Assembly: GCF_006345805.1 (NCBI RefSeq)
Contig: NW_021825821.1
Coordinates: forward strand, 186,001-250,000
Length of the DNA: 64,000 nucleotides
Reading direction: 5' to 3'
Origin: Octopus sinensis
Lineage: Eukaryota
The position numbers and the translations under genes were made by a program. Within the stretch, counting starts at the first letter, position 1; every line of letters begins with the position of its first letter. The notes beneath the pieces were generated by a model that saw nothing but the letters and a program-made list of their open reading frames with translations, did no database searches and had not been told where the DNA came from. This document shows positions 24,031 to 36,185 of this stretch, in pieces.

Positions 24031-24269
24031 GTCCCTAGATTATTGCTGAACGGGTCAGCAATTCCTGCAGTTGATCGGATGACTTATTTGGGCGTGCTCT
24101 TTAAGGCGTCCAGTAAGTTTGATGATCACATTGCACGTACGAAAATGCGTGACACCCAGGAATTGTCCCTCAAAGGCCTCCCTGAGGTCTTAGAGAAGAT
24201 AATTTCTGATAACCCCTTTTGGGTATTTTTATTATTAAGTGTATGAAATATCTAATTAGGGTTGGTCCC

Positions 24270-24599
24270 TTCAAGCCAGTGACAATTATTATAATCTTTG
24301 TGCTCTCGATTCAAGCAAGGGAGATCCTTCTGAAAGGTTCGATCCTGTCCACATGATCGGCCTGAGCCGACGATGTCCCAGGGTCAGAGTTCTAGAAGTC
24401 CTTTTTTCGGTAGGCATTAAGTGCCTCCTGAGCGTTTCCATATCGGATTGGAAGTTCCAACTGACATGGTGGACCCACGCTAAGACCGGAAGGAAGGTGA
24501 GAGATCCCCATTTTCAACTGTGTCGTGTCAGGAGTACTCGTTGCCTCGCGGGCAGGGGAATGTCCAGATCCATAGTTTAAGCTTCAGCCAAGGGGGCCT
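24270..24599 (-). mobile_element. SINE copy 2 (B-box segment deleted)
   Basis: Colinear with 1291-1718 (GGGAGATCCTTCTGAAAG, GGCATTAAGTGCCTCCTGAGCG, AGTACTCGTTGCCTC, CTTCAGCCAAGGGGGCCT); lacks the GTTCGATTCC segment. Confidence 0.8.
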
Positions 24600-24705
24600 A
24601 TTAACTTATTATAACAATTAGAATATTAGAACAGAAAAATTGAAAAGAACAGTCTAAATACTAAACTATCGAGGATCCTGATTATTCCCCTTATTCTACA
24701 AAAAG

Positions 24706-25194
24706 TTATAAAAATGAAAAAACAATTTGGGCTTCATAAGCAACAGGGGCACCCGCTGAGGCCTCCTTCTCGTTTTCTAAACGTGAGAAAATATCTACAA
24801 ACCTGATTTGTACAAAGATCGGTCCTGGTCAGATGGATATTGAGAACGTTGACCAATTTTTTGAGATTTCGTTCCCTCTCGTTTTCCAGGATTCATCAAA
24901 GTTATAGGCATAACGTCTGCGGACAACTTTAGGGCAGTTCTGAGGAACTGTACTCCATGATTAGTGATAGTATAGTAATAGTGCTGCCAGTTATGCTTTC
25001 TAGTCACACATTTGCGAGATTCGAGAGACTATGGAGGATATTAATATACGGATAACTTGCATTTTTTTGAGAACGTGAATGTTGGGGATTTTTAGAGCTT
25101 CGTTCATTATGTGAGTGTTGATCGACACGGCGATGACCCCATTTGTAAACACGTATTCGTATATGGCTTTCTCGTGAGCTTTTGGCATAAACAT
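24706..25194 (-). CDS. RPS10: 40S ribosomal protein S10; last exon boundary uncertain
   Basis: MFMPKAHEKAIYEYVFTNGV..IPNIHVLKKMQ, 28-nt intron, SLESRKCVTRKHNWQHYYYTITNHGVQFLRTALKL..VMPITL. Confidence 0.9.
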
Positions 25195-25589
25195 TTCGAA
25201 CTAGGTGTAAACGGACAACACAACAAGGTATCAGAAACGCACGCTTATTTATTACTAAAATTCTATTTATAGTTTATAAGCCGAATTAATTTTTAATTAA
25301 TTAAAAATATTTAATTTAAAATAGCGAAGAAATACATTATGGAAAAATTTCGGAAATGAGGCATTCTCTAAACAGGCCAAAATCCGAGGTATTCAAAGTT
25401 TTCCACGATCTTAGTTCCTTGTTGAACATATATTTCTATCTCTTTTTATTTTGAGTTGTCAGATTCAGTAGCCCCTCTTGGCATTTGGTTTTACTTAAAC
25501 CTGGACATTCCAAAGGAGAAACGTTTTCATGAAAAGTTGATTGAAATTTTAATATGCTCGGAAAACCTTCGCTCTGTTTGGACCAACTT

Positions 25590-26110
25590 AATTTAGTTGC
25601 TTCACTACCTGTCATGGGCATCGTTTAGATTGACTTGGGGCTGTCCTTTGGCTTCCATCAGATCCTTCTCGGATGAAAATTTTGTCCGCAGCGAGCTTTC
25701 CTTATTTCTGAGTCTAAGTCTGTGCCAATTTCACGATTCTGCTGCGAAGTACTCAACTCTGAGGGACCTCACCCTCTCTCTTGCAAACTGAATGTGGGTA
25801 GATTTTGTAGGCACTCTATAAACACAACATTGTTAGAAAAGCCTGGACTGTGTAGGTTTTTTTTGGTCCCAGACCATGTGAGTTTCGACCACGGAGAGAG
25901 GAAACGCCCCGATGGGATTCCACTTTTTTGTTTTCGGGTGATCAAATTCCTTGTCTGGAATGTCGGGAGCGTTGATTCCTTTTTGAAATCTAATTGGATT
26001 GACTCCACCTGCTTTAAAGAGACTACCTGGCTGTTCTAACGTGCTTCCCCCATTGTACTGAGGAATTACTTGAAAATTTGCTCCGCGTAAGGGCTCTTGC
26101 TCCCTTTTTT
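25590..26110 (+). mobile_element. CRE-clade 3' fragment, degraded (CRE-C)
   Basis: HPLSCKLNVGRF..RKRPDG..FLVWNV (ORF 25722-26039). Confidence 0.75.
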
Positions 26111-26384
26111 TATTTTCCGTTAATGAAAAATCTTTAATCAAAAAAACGATGCAAATCTATCTGGATCTGCACACTAAATCTTTTTGAGAGACCAATAATA
26201 ACTGCCAGTTTTCTAATAACAATGGTTTCCTAGATGATCATCAAGTCGGTTTTAATAGCTTTCTTTAACAATAATGTCACCTAACATTTATTCTTGTCAG
26301 AACGGTCGTTTTATATCGATCTTTTAGAAAGACTTTTTGAAAGCTCATTTGTTATTAAGATATTAATGTTAAGAGATTTATAAG

Positions 26385-28761
26385 TTATTCAGAATTAGAG
26401 TGATATATTTCATTGAATGACTTCAAATAAAGTTTTATAACTTGAGCGCGTTTAATCTTCATTGTTGGAGTTAATAGTTCATTGGCAGTGGTGAATTCGT
26501 TATAATCCAAGACAAGTCCTTTCACTTGCTCAAATCCAAATAATTTGGCCTCTTTTCCCAGAGCATTTAATTCTTCAATTAAACGGTTTATCAAGTCCTG
26601 TTTTTATCAATTTACATTAAAAACCCGATTTTTTAATAAAGTTGACATTTCGGAAGAAATGGACATGTTTTTTGCAAATTTAACAAGCTCTTCTTGCTTT
26701 CCGATTATCAAAGCAATCGGATAATCCTTTAGACTGTCCCCGTAAATCATAATTTGGTGGACTAATGGATGTCTAGCGTAGATCGATTCGATTTTTTCTG
26801 GAATTATATATTCGCCCTAAATAATGTTGGAATTAAACAACCTGACTAAGTTTGAATATGTTCTTGCTCCTATCTATGATTGTATAAGTACCATTCTGAA
26901 CAAAATACAAATTGTATCTACCTTGTTTAATCTTGCAATATCTCCGGATTTGAAAAATCCGTCCTCATCAAAGGCTTCCTTAGTGATTTCAGGTCTCTTA
27001 TAATACCCACTAGTTACATTTGGTCCTCTAATTAAAAGCTAAAAAACAGTGATTTTAATTTCTGTACCTCTCCTGTCCCATCCGAACTGAAATATTCATA
27101 ATCAGGGCAGTCCGCCAATTTTATCTCAACCCCGGGCACAGGAGCCCCACATTCACCTAACCAAGTCAACACAAAAATTGAGGACCAATTCCGCCGTTTC
27201 TCACATTTTGGAGCAAAGCAGCCGCCGTGGTTTCGGTGAGTCCATATCCCTGAATCAACTAGAATAGAGATGCAATAAAGACCTTGACACCAAAAACAAC
27301 GCGGGAAAATATCTCCAAGTCTCTAGACATTGGAGCACCCCCGACGACTATATATTCCAATCTCCCGCCAAATTTAGCTTGGATTGAATGAAAAATTGCA
27401 TTATAAAACGTAGAAGGTTTTAGTTCATTTGTACTGCAAAATAAATTGTGATTTTTTTACCGCAAAAGCTGTTGTCGGCGACGGTTGAATGCCCAATTAA
27501 ATATAGTCCGAACTAAAAAGTTGGAATTCTCAATTTTGTCTAAAATCCTTTCCCTAAATCTATCCAGGACACGCGGGACAGCAATGATCAACTTGGGCTG
27601 GACAGCTTGCAGGTCCGATAACATAAGTTTCAAATCTCCTTGGGAAATGCCAATCCGAACCCCAAAAGTTGTCATAATAAACTAAAAGTAACAAACCAAC
27701 TAAACCAGGACCAAAATTTCAAAGGAGTGTTGATAAGGTAAATAAGAGTAATACACCAAACTCTTAAAGTCCATAGGATTATACTCAAATCCCTAATTGT
27801 AAGGCAAATTCAAATACAAACCAAAATTTTGATCACAGCCATTACATTAAAAACTATGTGACGATGACATAGTTTGACGCCTTTCGGAATTCCTAAAATA
27901 TTCAAATGAATAATAAAACCAGTGCTGCCACTGGTGTAGAGAATATAAACTAAGTCATCTAAATCAGGCTCGTCGAATGAGGTAGACTCGGAGTCACAAT
28001 CCCCACCAAGTTCCTTCATTTTGGTCAATATATTAAATTTACCATTAATTCTGAAATCGTGAGAATCTTCACAGAGCCTGCCATAGTTTTTAGTTCCGTG
28101 GAAACTGGCGTGGAAGTAAAAATATGAGAAAAGTTAAATTTTGAGAATTCTAAAAGAGTTTTAATTCGTTCTTCTGTATCACAAAACGCCACAATAGGAG
28201 AGGCTGATTTTGAAAAAGTAAAGTAAACCCTCATTGATGATATGTTCGATCGAAGTTGGTCCGAGAGAGTCGTACAGAGGGACGATTACATTTCGGCGTT
28301 TAAATGCAGCAAAAGTAATCAAAAATGTCTGAATATTAGCCAAAAGTACATCTTTGGACATTTTGCTGTATGTCGTCACGAAAGCGTCAGTTCCATGCTT
28401 GACCCCCAATCGAGTCAAACCCAAAGCACATTTATTGACAAATTCGTCAAACTAAAAAATAGGAAATATTTTAGGAACTTTCCCATATGAAAGCCAACTG
28501 TAAGAATCGTTTGGAGAAGGTCGATGACCCAGATAATCCCCGTCGTTCCCAGCCCTTTTACGACCAATTTCAAACAATTCCAAAATATTTTTTATTTTCA
28601 AATTATTTGGATCTTTCAAGTCGATGAACTCAGCAAAATCTGCGTTAAAAGAACAATTATCAGTGACATAATCACAACGCACTCTTGCACCATTTTTCTA
28701 AATTTTATAGAACTGGAGATCAGAAAGTTACGTTTTCATTTGTGGATATTCTTTGATTCAT
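26385..28761 (-). CDS. ACSL: Long-chain fatty acyl-CoA synthetase (ACSL1/5/6-like), about 16 exons
   Basis: Manual splicing of about 15 GT-AG introns (21-34 nt) gives one frame with [17 protein letters not shown]|[49 protein letters not shown]|[10 protein letters not shown] and [10 protein letters not shown]. Confidence 0.92.
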
Positions 28762-29247
28762 TTTACTAGACTAGGAAAAACCACGATATTTCAAATCTAC
28801 TAATATGGGAAATGTATTATCTATTTGAATTTAGCTTTTAAAAGAATATTAAAATATTATATAAGTAATAAATATTAACTAATTATTTTATTGAATGATG
28901 TTTAATAAATAAATAAAATTGAATAAATATACTAAAACTATTTTCGGGGTCTTTTTTAGCAACAATTCTCAAAACATGGCAAGAATTCATTTTTCAGTTC
29001 TTTTTATTCAAATTCGCTTGCCTTTAGATATCAGAAGTTTTAATTCATTGGAATGCAATAAATATTTTACATTTTTATTTCAAGACTTTTGTGGCGTGAT
29101 ATTGTTCTATTTGTTTGCGACGTTTCCAAGTTTAATTGACACAAATTAGCTAAGCGCTCTTTCGAGTAGCCCATAAATGGTTTCGCTTGCACCATACATT
29201 TTGTCTATACTCCCTTCATTTTCTCCACGTCGCCTTGTTTCTGGCCC

Positions 29248-29398
29248 TTATTATTATTATTATTATTATTTAAAGACCAAACACGGGCAAAGCCAGTTAA
29301 TTATAGTTATTCCCGTGATCTCCGATCCAAACGAGGGAGATCCTTCTGAAAGGTTCAATCCTTCCCGCAAGATCGGCCTGAGACGAGGATATCCCAGG
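29248..29398 (-). mobile_element. SINE copy 3 (5'-truncated, (TAA)7 tail)
   Basis: Near-identical to 1291-1420, including TTTAAAGACCAA next to the tail. Confidence 0.85.
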
Positions 29399-29425
29399 TC
29401 CCGAGGATATCCTTATTCAAACATC

Positions 29426-29584
29426 GTATAGAATTTATTTCATTTTCCATGCCAAAATGATAATAGTTTCAAGCTAAATGATAATTAACAAAAAAACATT
29501 ATTTTCACTTCATTAACATTTTTCCATTTAGCTTATCATTTCGCTTGAAACTATTTAGCATGGAAAATGATATAGACTCTATAC
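29426..29584. repeat. ~160-bp imperfect foldback / MITE-like palindrome
   Basis: Arms GTATAGA..CATTTTCCATGC..AATAGTTTCAAGC.AAATGATAA and TTATCATTTCGCTTGAAACTATT..GCATGGAAAATGA..TCTATAC are reverse complements. No clear TSD. Confidence 0.65.
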
Positions 29585-29625
29585 CATTTTCAGTTCAATT
29601 TTGACAATTTTATATCAATTTAACA

Positions 29626-31930
29626 ATGAATTTGTGGTGCGACTTATCTAATCCTATGTCTTCCTTAGCAAGTGCAGACTTACGTGTCCTCGGAAAAAGG
29701 GAAGGTATTGTTCTTCGTGCCAACTCTACTTCCACCTCTCCTGTGTCGGCTTATCGAAGATCAGCTCGGCAAGCATCCCAAACTGAAAATGTTTTCGCTG
29801 CTCTTCTACTTCGCTGTATATCGATGCCCCGACTCTTCCCAAAATATCTAAGGACCGGTCTTGTCCCGAGGCTCGTGAATTTCTTGTACTTTTGTCTCGT
29901 TTCCGGAAATCGAAGTCTATCCCGTCACGCATTCCTAAATCGGCCAGGATTCAAGTGGCTAATTCCCTACCTCTAGTTATTGAGCGGGCTCTGGCCTCGA
30001 ATTCTTGGTGCGATTGGTGCAAGTTTCTTTCATTTGTTCCCTTTTGTCTGGGCAGCCCTTTAAACGGCCCTCTTCGTGGTGACCGCTTGTCCGTCTCGCA
30101 GCAAATTAACACAAACTGCGAGTTTTTCAACAATTCAGAATTTGATATCAGCTATTTTTCCCTTCATCCTGCTGAAAGGCTCCCTCGTCCAATTCAGAGC
30201 ACTAAGGACATTACTCGAATGGTTCACAGAGGACTCAAACCGATTTATATAAAAGATCTGATTTCCCTTGTGACTGCTGAGGGTAAAAGACGCTTATTGT
30301 TGGCTATCACTTCCCTCTGCTCAAGAATTATCTCTGGTACGATCCCTTCTTTCGCTAGGGACGTACTTTTTTCTGCAAATCTGACTTCTCTTAACAAAAG
30401 TGATGATGATATAGTATACGGCCTATCGCTGTTGGCAACATCTTCAGACGCCTTGCTGCTAAAATTATTTGTCAATTAGTGGTTCTAGAAGCAAGTGCTA
30501 ACCTTATGCCAATTCCGTGGGGGTGAAAGGAGCTTGCGAAGCAGCCGCCCATGGCATACGGCAGCTGACTTCTGCAAAATGTAATGAAATCCCATTCCTC
30601 CTTAAAATTGATGTCAAAAACGCGTTCAACTCGATTTGGCGCGATCCCCCAGCTGTCTCTTGTTTGCCGGCAATGTTATTATGTCCGAAACTGGTATTCA
30701 ACAAGGCGAACCTCTTGGGCCTCTTTTATTCTTACTCGGTGTTGATCACATTGCCCGCCAATTGTCCTCTGAGGTCACATTTGGTACCTCGATGATGTTA
30801 CTCTTGGTGGGGCTTTGGAGATCGTCAAGAATGATGTAGAAAAAATCATTTCTGGTTTTGCGTTTACTGGGCTCGCTTTGAATGGATCCAAATCCGAGCT
30901 GATATGTTTGTCTGCGAGCCCTTCAGAATTCAAACTTATTTTTTCCACCTTATCTCACCATATTGAAGACCTGTGCATCACCCAGCTTGATGACCTTATC
31001 ATTCTGGGTTCCCCAATCAATAGCAAGGCTACTAAGAAGGCTTTATGTAACAGGCTCGAAGAATTGGAAACTCTAATCTCCCGCATTTCCAAACTTGAAT
31101 CCCATTTAGGCCTTTTCTTGCTCAAGAACAATTTCTTTATACCGAACCTAACTTATCTCATGCTCTCGACGTCTCTTCAGTTCAAAAGAACTGGGATGAT
31201 ATACATTGTTTGCATGTACTCGAAGATATCCGCCTACGTGCTGACCAGTTTCAGTTGACAAGCATTAATTGTGCCTGTCAACCCCACTCGGCCGATTGGC
31301 TTGACGCTTTGCCGAGTTCCTCTGCTGGAATGTTCCTGGACAACGAATCCGTCCGCATTGGTTTGTGTCTATGCCTTGGGATCGAGATTTGCCAGTCACA
31401 TCAGTGCAGATGCGGAAAAGTCATTGACAGGAGAGGGCTACACCCCCTCTCTTGTCGGCTCAGTGCCAGCCGAATACCCAGACATGCCGTTTTGAATGAT
31501 ATTGTCAAGAACGCGCTCAACGCCGCTGAATTCCCTTCGGTCCTGGAGCCGGTTGGGTTAGAACGTGGTGACGGAAAACGTCCCGATGGGTCCACGCTAT
31601 TCCCGTTCAAGGGGTGACTCGCTCTCGTTTGGGACGTCACCTGTGTCGACTCGCTTTCCTCGTCATCTCTCATCGACTCTGCGTCCTGCCCTGGCTCAGC
31701 TTCTGCACATGCCGAAACGAAAAAAATCGCAAAGTACGCCTCATTGGAGAACACCTGCTTTTTTGTCCCCCTGGCTTTCGAGACGAGTGGGATAATCGAC
31801 CCAAAAGCCCTGGAGTTCCTTTCGGAAATCGGTTTGATGATCTTGAGGAAAAGTCACGAGAGACGTGAGTCTAGCTGACTCGCGATATTGCGCGGAAACT
31901 ACCTATCTGTTCGCTCGTCCTCTCAATCAA
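29626..31930 (+). mobile_element. CRE-clade retrotransposon, near full-length but degraded, with N-terminal PHD-like finger (CRE-D)
   Basis: CSSCQLYFHLSC..(W>*)KCFRC, KSIPSRIPKSARIQVA, IDVKNAFNSI, GIQQGEPLGPLLF, HQCRCG..HPLSC, KRPDG. Confidence 0.85.
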
Positions 31931-32094
31931 GGAATTAACATCGTGGATGGATCACTTATTGCGTCAATTTTGACAATGCAATAAGCAATATTGACATTTT
32001 TACATCAATTTTGACAAAATTGGCCGTGTGTGCGCTCTTCGTTGTCTCATTTCATATGTAAAAAGTTATAATTATTTTATTGCGTACATTTTGA

Positions 32095-34130
32095 CAAATA
32101 TTGTCCGGCGACTTATGCTCTTTTGCCCGTGAACTGATCTTCTCCTCATGTTTGACGGCCCTAAAGAAGGCGGATGGCGGAGTTCGCCCCATTGCTGTCG
32201 GAAACATTTTCCGAAGGATTGCTTCCAAGATAGCAAGCAAGGCAGGCTCTGGGAAACTTCTGTCGTACTTCGTACCAACACAGCTCGGAGTTGGTGTCCG
32301 AGGAGGCGCTGAGGCCGGGGTCCACGCTCTGCGTGAGTTCGTTTTTGCTTCCACGGATTCCCAACGAATTCTGGCCAAGATCGATTTAAAGAATGCATTC
32401 AATTCTGTTAGAAGAGACTGTATTCTTGAAGCTTGCGCCAAAGAAATTCCGCACATCCTACCGATTGTCAATTTGGCATACTCCAAGCCTTCCGCGCTTG
32501 TATTCGGAACAACAATACTTGATTCTGCCAATGGAGTTCAACAAGGTGACCCTCTAGGTCCTCTTTTATTCTCCCTCGCAATTCACCAAACAACGAGATC
32601 GTGTAAAAATGATCTTAACATGTGGTATTTGGATGATGGAGTAATTGGAGGAACCCCCGAAGGCATCTTGGAAACGCTGAAGTCTCTTGTTTTTAATTTT
32701 GGAGCGCTTGGGCTTGAATTCAACTGCGGCAAATGCGAAATCGTGAATGTCAACACGGACGAACTTTCCTTTCGTAAGTGGATGACCGAATTCGACAAAC
32801 TGCTACCTGGATGCACCTTCCCCCTCAAAGAGGACTTGATTTTTCTTGGATCTCCTATTTTTGAAAGTGGTATCAAAGCTGTGATGAAGGCTAAAATTTC
32901 GGAATTTTCCCTTCTCTCAGAAAAATTACGTTGTGTGGATAGCCACATTGGGCTCTTTTTAATGAGGAACTGTCTATCTATTCCGAAGTTAACATACCTT
33001 TTGAGGACGGCCCAATGCTATCAGGAAACAGATCTTCTCGAAGACTATTCCGAGCATATGAGAGCTTGCACTGAGGACATCCTCAACGTTAGCTTCGATA
33101 CGCAGTCGTGGAGACAGGCGACTCTTCCAATTTCCCTGGGAGGGATCGGCTTGATCACCCCGGCAGATTCAGCGCACGGCGCATATTTTTCCTCAGTACT
33201 CTCGTCCAGAGATATGATCGACACTGTTCTTTCTCAAATAAACGAACAGAGGAAATCATTTGCTGTGGATGATTGCGTCGCCGTATGGGAAAAGCTGGGA
33301 TTGCCATTGCCATCTGATGTGACCTGCCAATCGGAGTGGACGTCGAAAGTCCACGCCAATACGTTTTCATGCCTAAAGGAAACCATGGACCAGAGAAGGT
33401 TGGCTTGTTTACAAGCGGGCAGCCAGCCCCTAAGCGGCGCGTGGCTAAACTGTTACCCTTGTATTACAACTGGCTGCTTTCTTGATGATGAAGCCGTAAG
33501 AATTGGAGTTTGTCTGCGCCTCGGTCTACGCGTCTATGAAAAACACCAATGCCGGTGTGGCATGTGGACTGACGAGTTTGGATATCACTCCCTCTCATGT
33601 GGAAACGGAATTGGACGTTCCTCACGGCATTCCGAACTGAACCAGATCATCTGTCGATCTCTTCGAACTGCTGGATTCCACACACAATTGGAACCTGCAG
33701 GGATTTTCGTAGAGGACGGCAGAAGACCCGATGGGATGACCACATTTCCATTTCAGAGGGGAAAGTGTCTGGTTTGGGACGTCACGTGTGTGAACTCCTT
33801 TTCCAATCAGAACATCAAATTATGCATCGAGAATCCTGGAGCCCCGTCTGAACGGGCAGAGAAGAGAAAAGCTGAGAAATACGCTGGAATCGGGAATGGG
33901 AGAGTGTTTGTCCCCCTGGCTGTTGAGACGTCAGGAATACAGGGGCCTTCTACTCGGACCCTACTCCAGCGCATTGCCTCATTAATCGAAAGGGTTACCG
34001 GCGACCCTACTCCAGCGCATTGCCTGTGAGCACCGGTATTTAATCGAAAGAATATCTATAGCCATAGTCAGAGGCAATACTCTGGCTATCTGCCAATGAC
34101 TATTTCTCTTTTGATTTGAAATAAATTAAA
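32095..34130 (+). mobile_element. CRE-clade retrotransposon, 5'-truncated, 642-aa uninterrupted RT-ZnF-RLE ORF 32101-34029 (CRE-E)
   Basis: [73 protein letters not shown]. Confidence 0.92.
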
Positions 34131-34564
34131 AATCTCTAAAAAAATATTTTTATAACGGACAGACATAAGGACTTTTTCTAATCGGCTAAATCAAGATGAG
34201 AGTTAATAAAGACAATTTTATTAATCAGGTTAATGGAATCCCAATTGTAGATATAGATTCTTTTTCGTCAGAAATTTTCGTCGATAGTCTACTTGTAAGA
34301 AAGTTGCGAGTGAAGTCCTTGGTATCCTTCCGAATACATTACTTTAATTGCAAAAATAATTTTCCATTATTAGATTGCATGGTGTACTTAGACATAGTCC
34401 AAGAATATGTCCAAATATCCGTTATCCCGATAATATTATTTCCATCCTGATTGGTCCTAGAATTACATAAAGTATATAGTTTTTCGTTTGAAATTTTTTT
34501 AAACAAAAGATTTCATATAGTAGTTGATTTTTATGAAATCTGTCGAGTTTCTCTATATCATTTT

Positions 34565-35690
34565 TCAGAAGTCAGTTTCCAACATGGATTCAAAGAGGGG
34601 CGATCAACTGTCACACACCTAAATGCTTTAATGAAGTTTATATCAGACGGTCTAAACAAAAAACCTAAACAGGAAAAATCCATTGTCTGCTCGATCGACA
34701 TAAAGAAGGCTTTCGATTCGGTGCCAAGGAAAATACTCACACAAAAGATCTATTCCTCAAATATTGATACGAATCTAAAACTATGGCTTGGGAATTTCCT
34801 GAGCGGCCGTCGGGGAAGGGCTTGCTGTGGAAACAGATCTTCCATATCGAGATTATTACCAAATGGGGTCCCTCAGGGTTCTCCACTATCTCCACTTTTA
34901 TTCAATCTCATGATGAACGACATACCACAGCCAGAAGGGGACAACGATCTGTTATTACTATATGCAGACGATATTATCGTCGCATCAAGGGATGTGAGCA
35001 TAATAAAAGCAACGGATAGAATACAGGATAACCTCAACAATCTGATTTCATGGCTATATAAAAACGAACTGGAGGCAAGTCCGGAAAAATCTATTTTGAC
35101 TCTGTTTACGAAAAACAGAAGGCTTGGGAAAGTCTCAATTGAAGCTAAGTTAGACGGGGAAATTATACCGCAGAGCAAACCCAGAAGATTCTTGGAGTTA
35201 CATTCGACACCTTTCTAGCCTTTTCAACCCACGTCGAAAATGTAGTTATGGCGAGTGCAAGAAAGGTTAACTTCGTGAAGGCCTTCCTGAAGAACGCAGG
35301 AGAATGCAAAGGCCTATATGGCCTAAACAACATATATAACCAATACTTGGAACCTACAATCGGATATGCGTGCGGAATCTGAGGAACAAACTTAAGTGCA
35401 AACAATCAATCAAAAATCGACAAAATTCGGTTGAAAGCGGCAAACCTGCTAAATACTTTTTCCGATAAAGAGATTATCCCAAAAGCCTGGGACAACATCA
35501 TAAAGTCATCTGCAATCCATCTACGAGAGGTTCGTCCTGAAAATCCCCGTTTGTACCGAAAATGCGTCGGGACAACGGCGGAACATCGGGAGAGGCTGCG
35601 CGAACTGCTGAGGGAGGTTGGGATCACCTGAATTCTTCTTTCTTTTGGCTATGACGGTGGTTTTCTGGTTCAATAAATAAAAATAAGGCC
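34565..35690 (+). mobile_element. APE-RT LINE, 5'-truncated (RT to 3' end), same family as 60351-62980
   Basis: FQHGFKEG..IDIKKAFDSVPR..PNGVPQGSPLSP..YADD; C-terminus RKCVG..EHRE....LLREVGIT* matches the 62482-62919 frame. Confidence 0.88.
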
Positions 35691-36185
35691 CCAATGTTCC
35701 ACGATGCCTGTTACTGTTCAAATTCTTGAAAGAATGAACCCTTCTAAGTCTGCAACTAATCGGATGTAATTTTAACGCTGCAAGACATTGGATGGAATCG
35801 AGTTTTATCGATATTGATGAGTATAGTAAGATCGATGAAATAATGTCACGTCCCGCCAGAACTACCCAGCCAATGGTGGCTACATATTAAAATTAATTGA
35901 ATTGGTTTCTAATCAATAACCGTTTCAACAAAAAAAATGTATTAAAATTAAGCGTCTATGTTTTTTTACTCGATTCATATTAATTATTTCAGATTTCTAC
36001 GAACGTGTCTTAATCTGATATAATATAAAATAAACCACTAGTCGATTTTATGACCAAATTTGAATAACTTTCACTTTCTTTAAAATTAAAAAAATTTGAA
36101 AAACTTTTATACTCATGAATGAGTGTGTTTACGCCAGAAACTCCTTTCAGTGTTTTAAATGATGTCTCGTTTAAGTTGTGTTATA

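Noticed and set aside
32052-32531. Antisense ORFs over retroelements (also 22833-23354, 41461-41814, 49940-50473, 4235-4645)
   Set aside because: Shadow frames of GC-richer RT coding sequence; no motifs.
34200-35690. Second twin-priming inversion (minus LINE remnant 34200-34565 abutting plus LINE 34565-35690)
   Set aside because: The pieces look like different families and no shared TSD was found.
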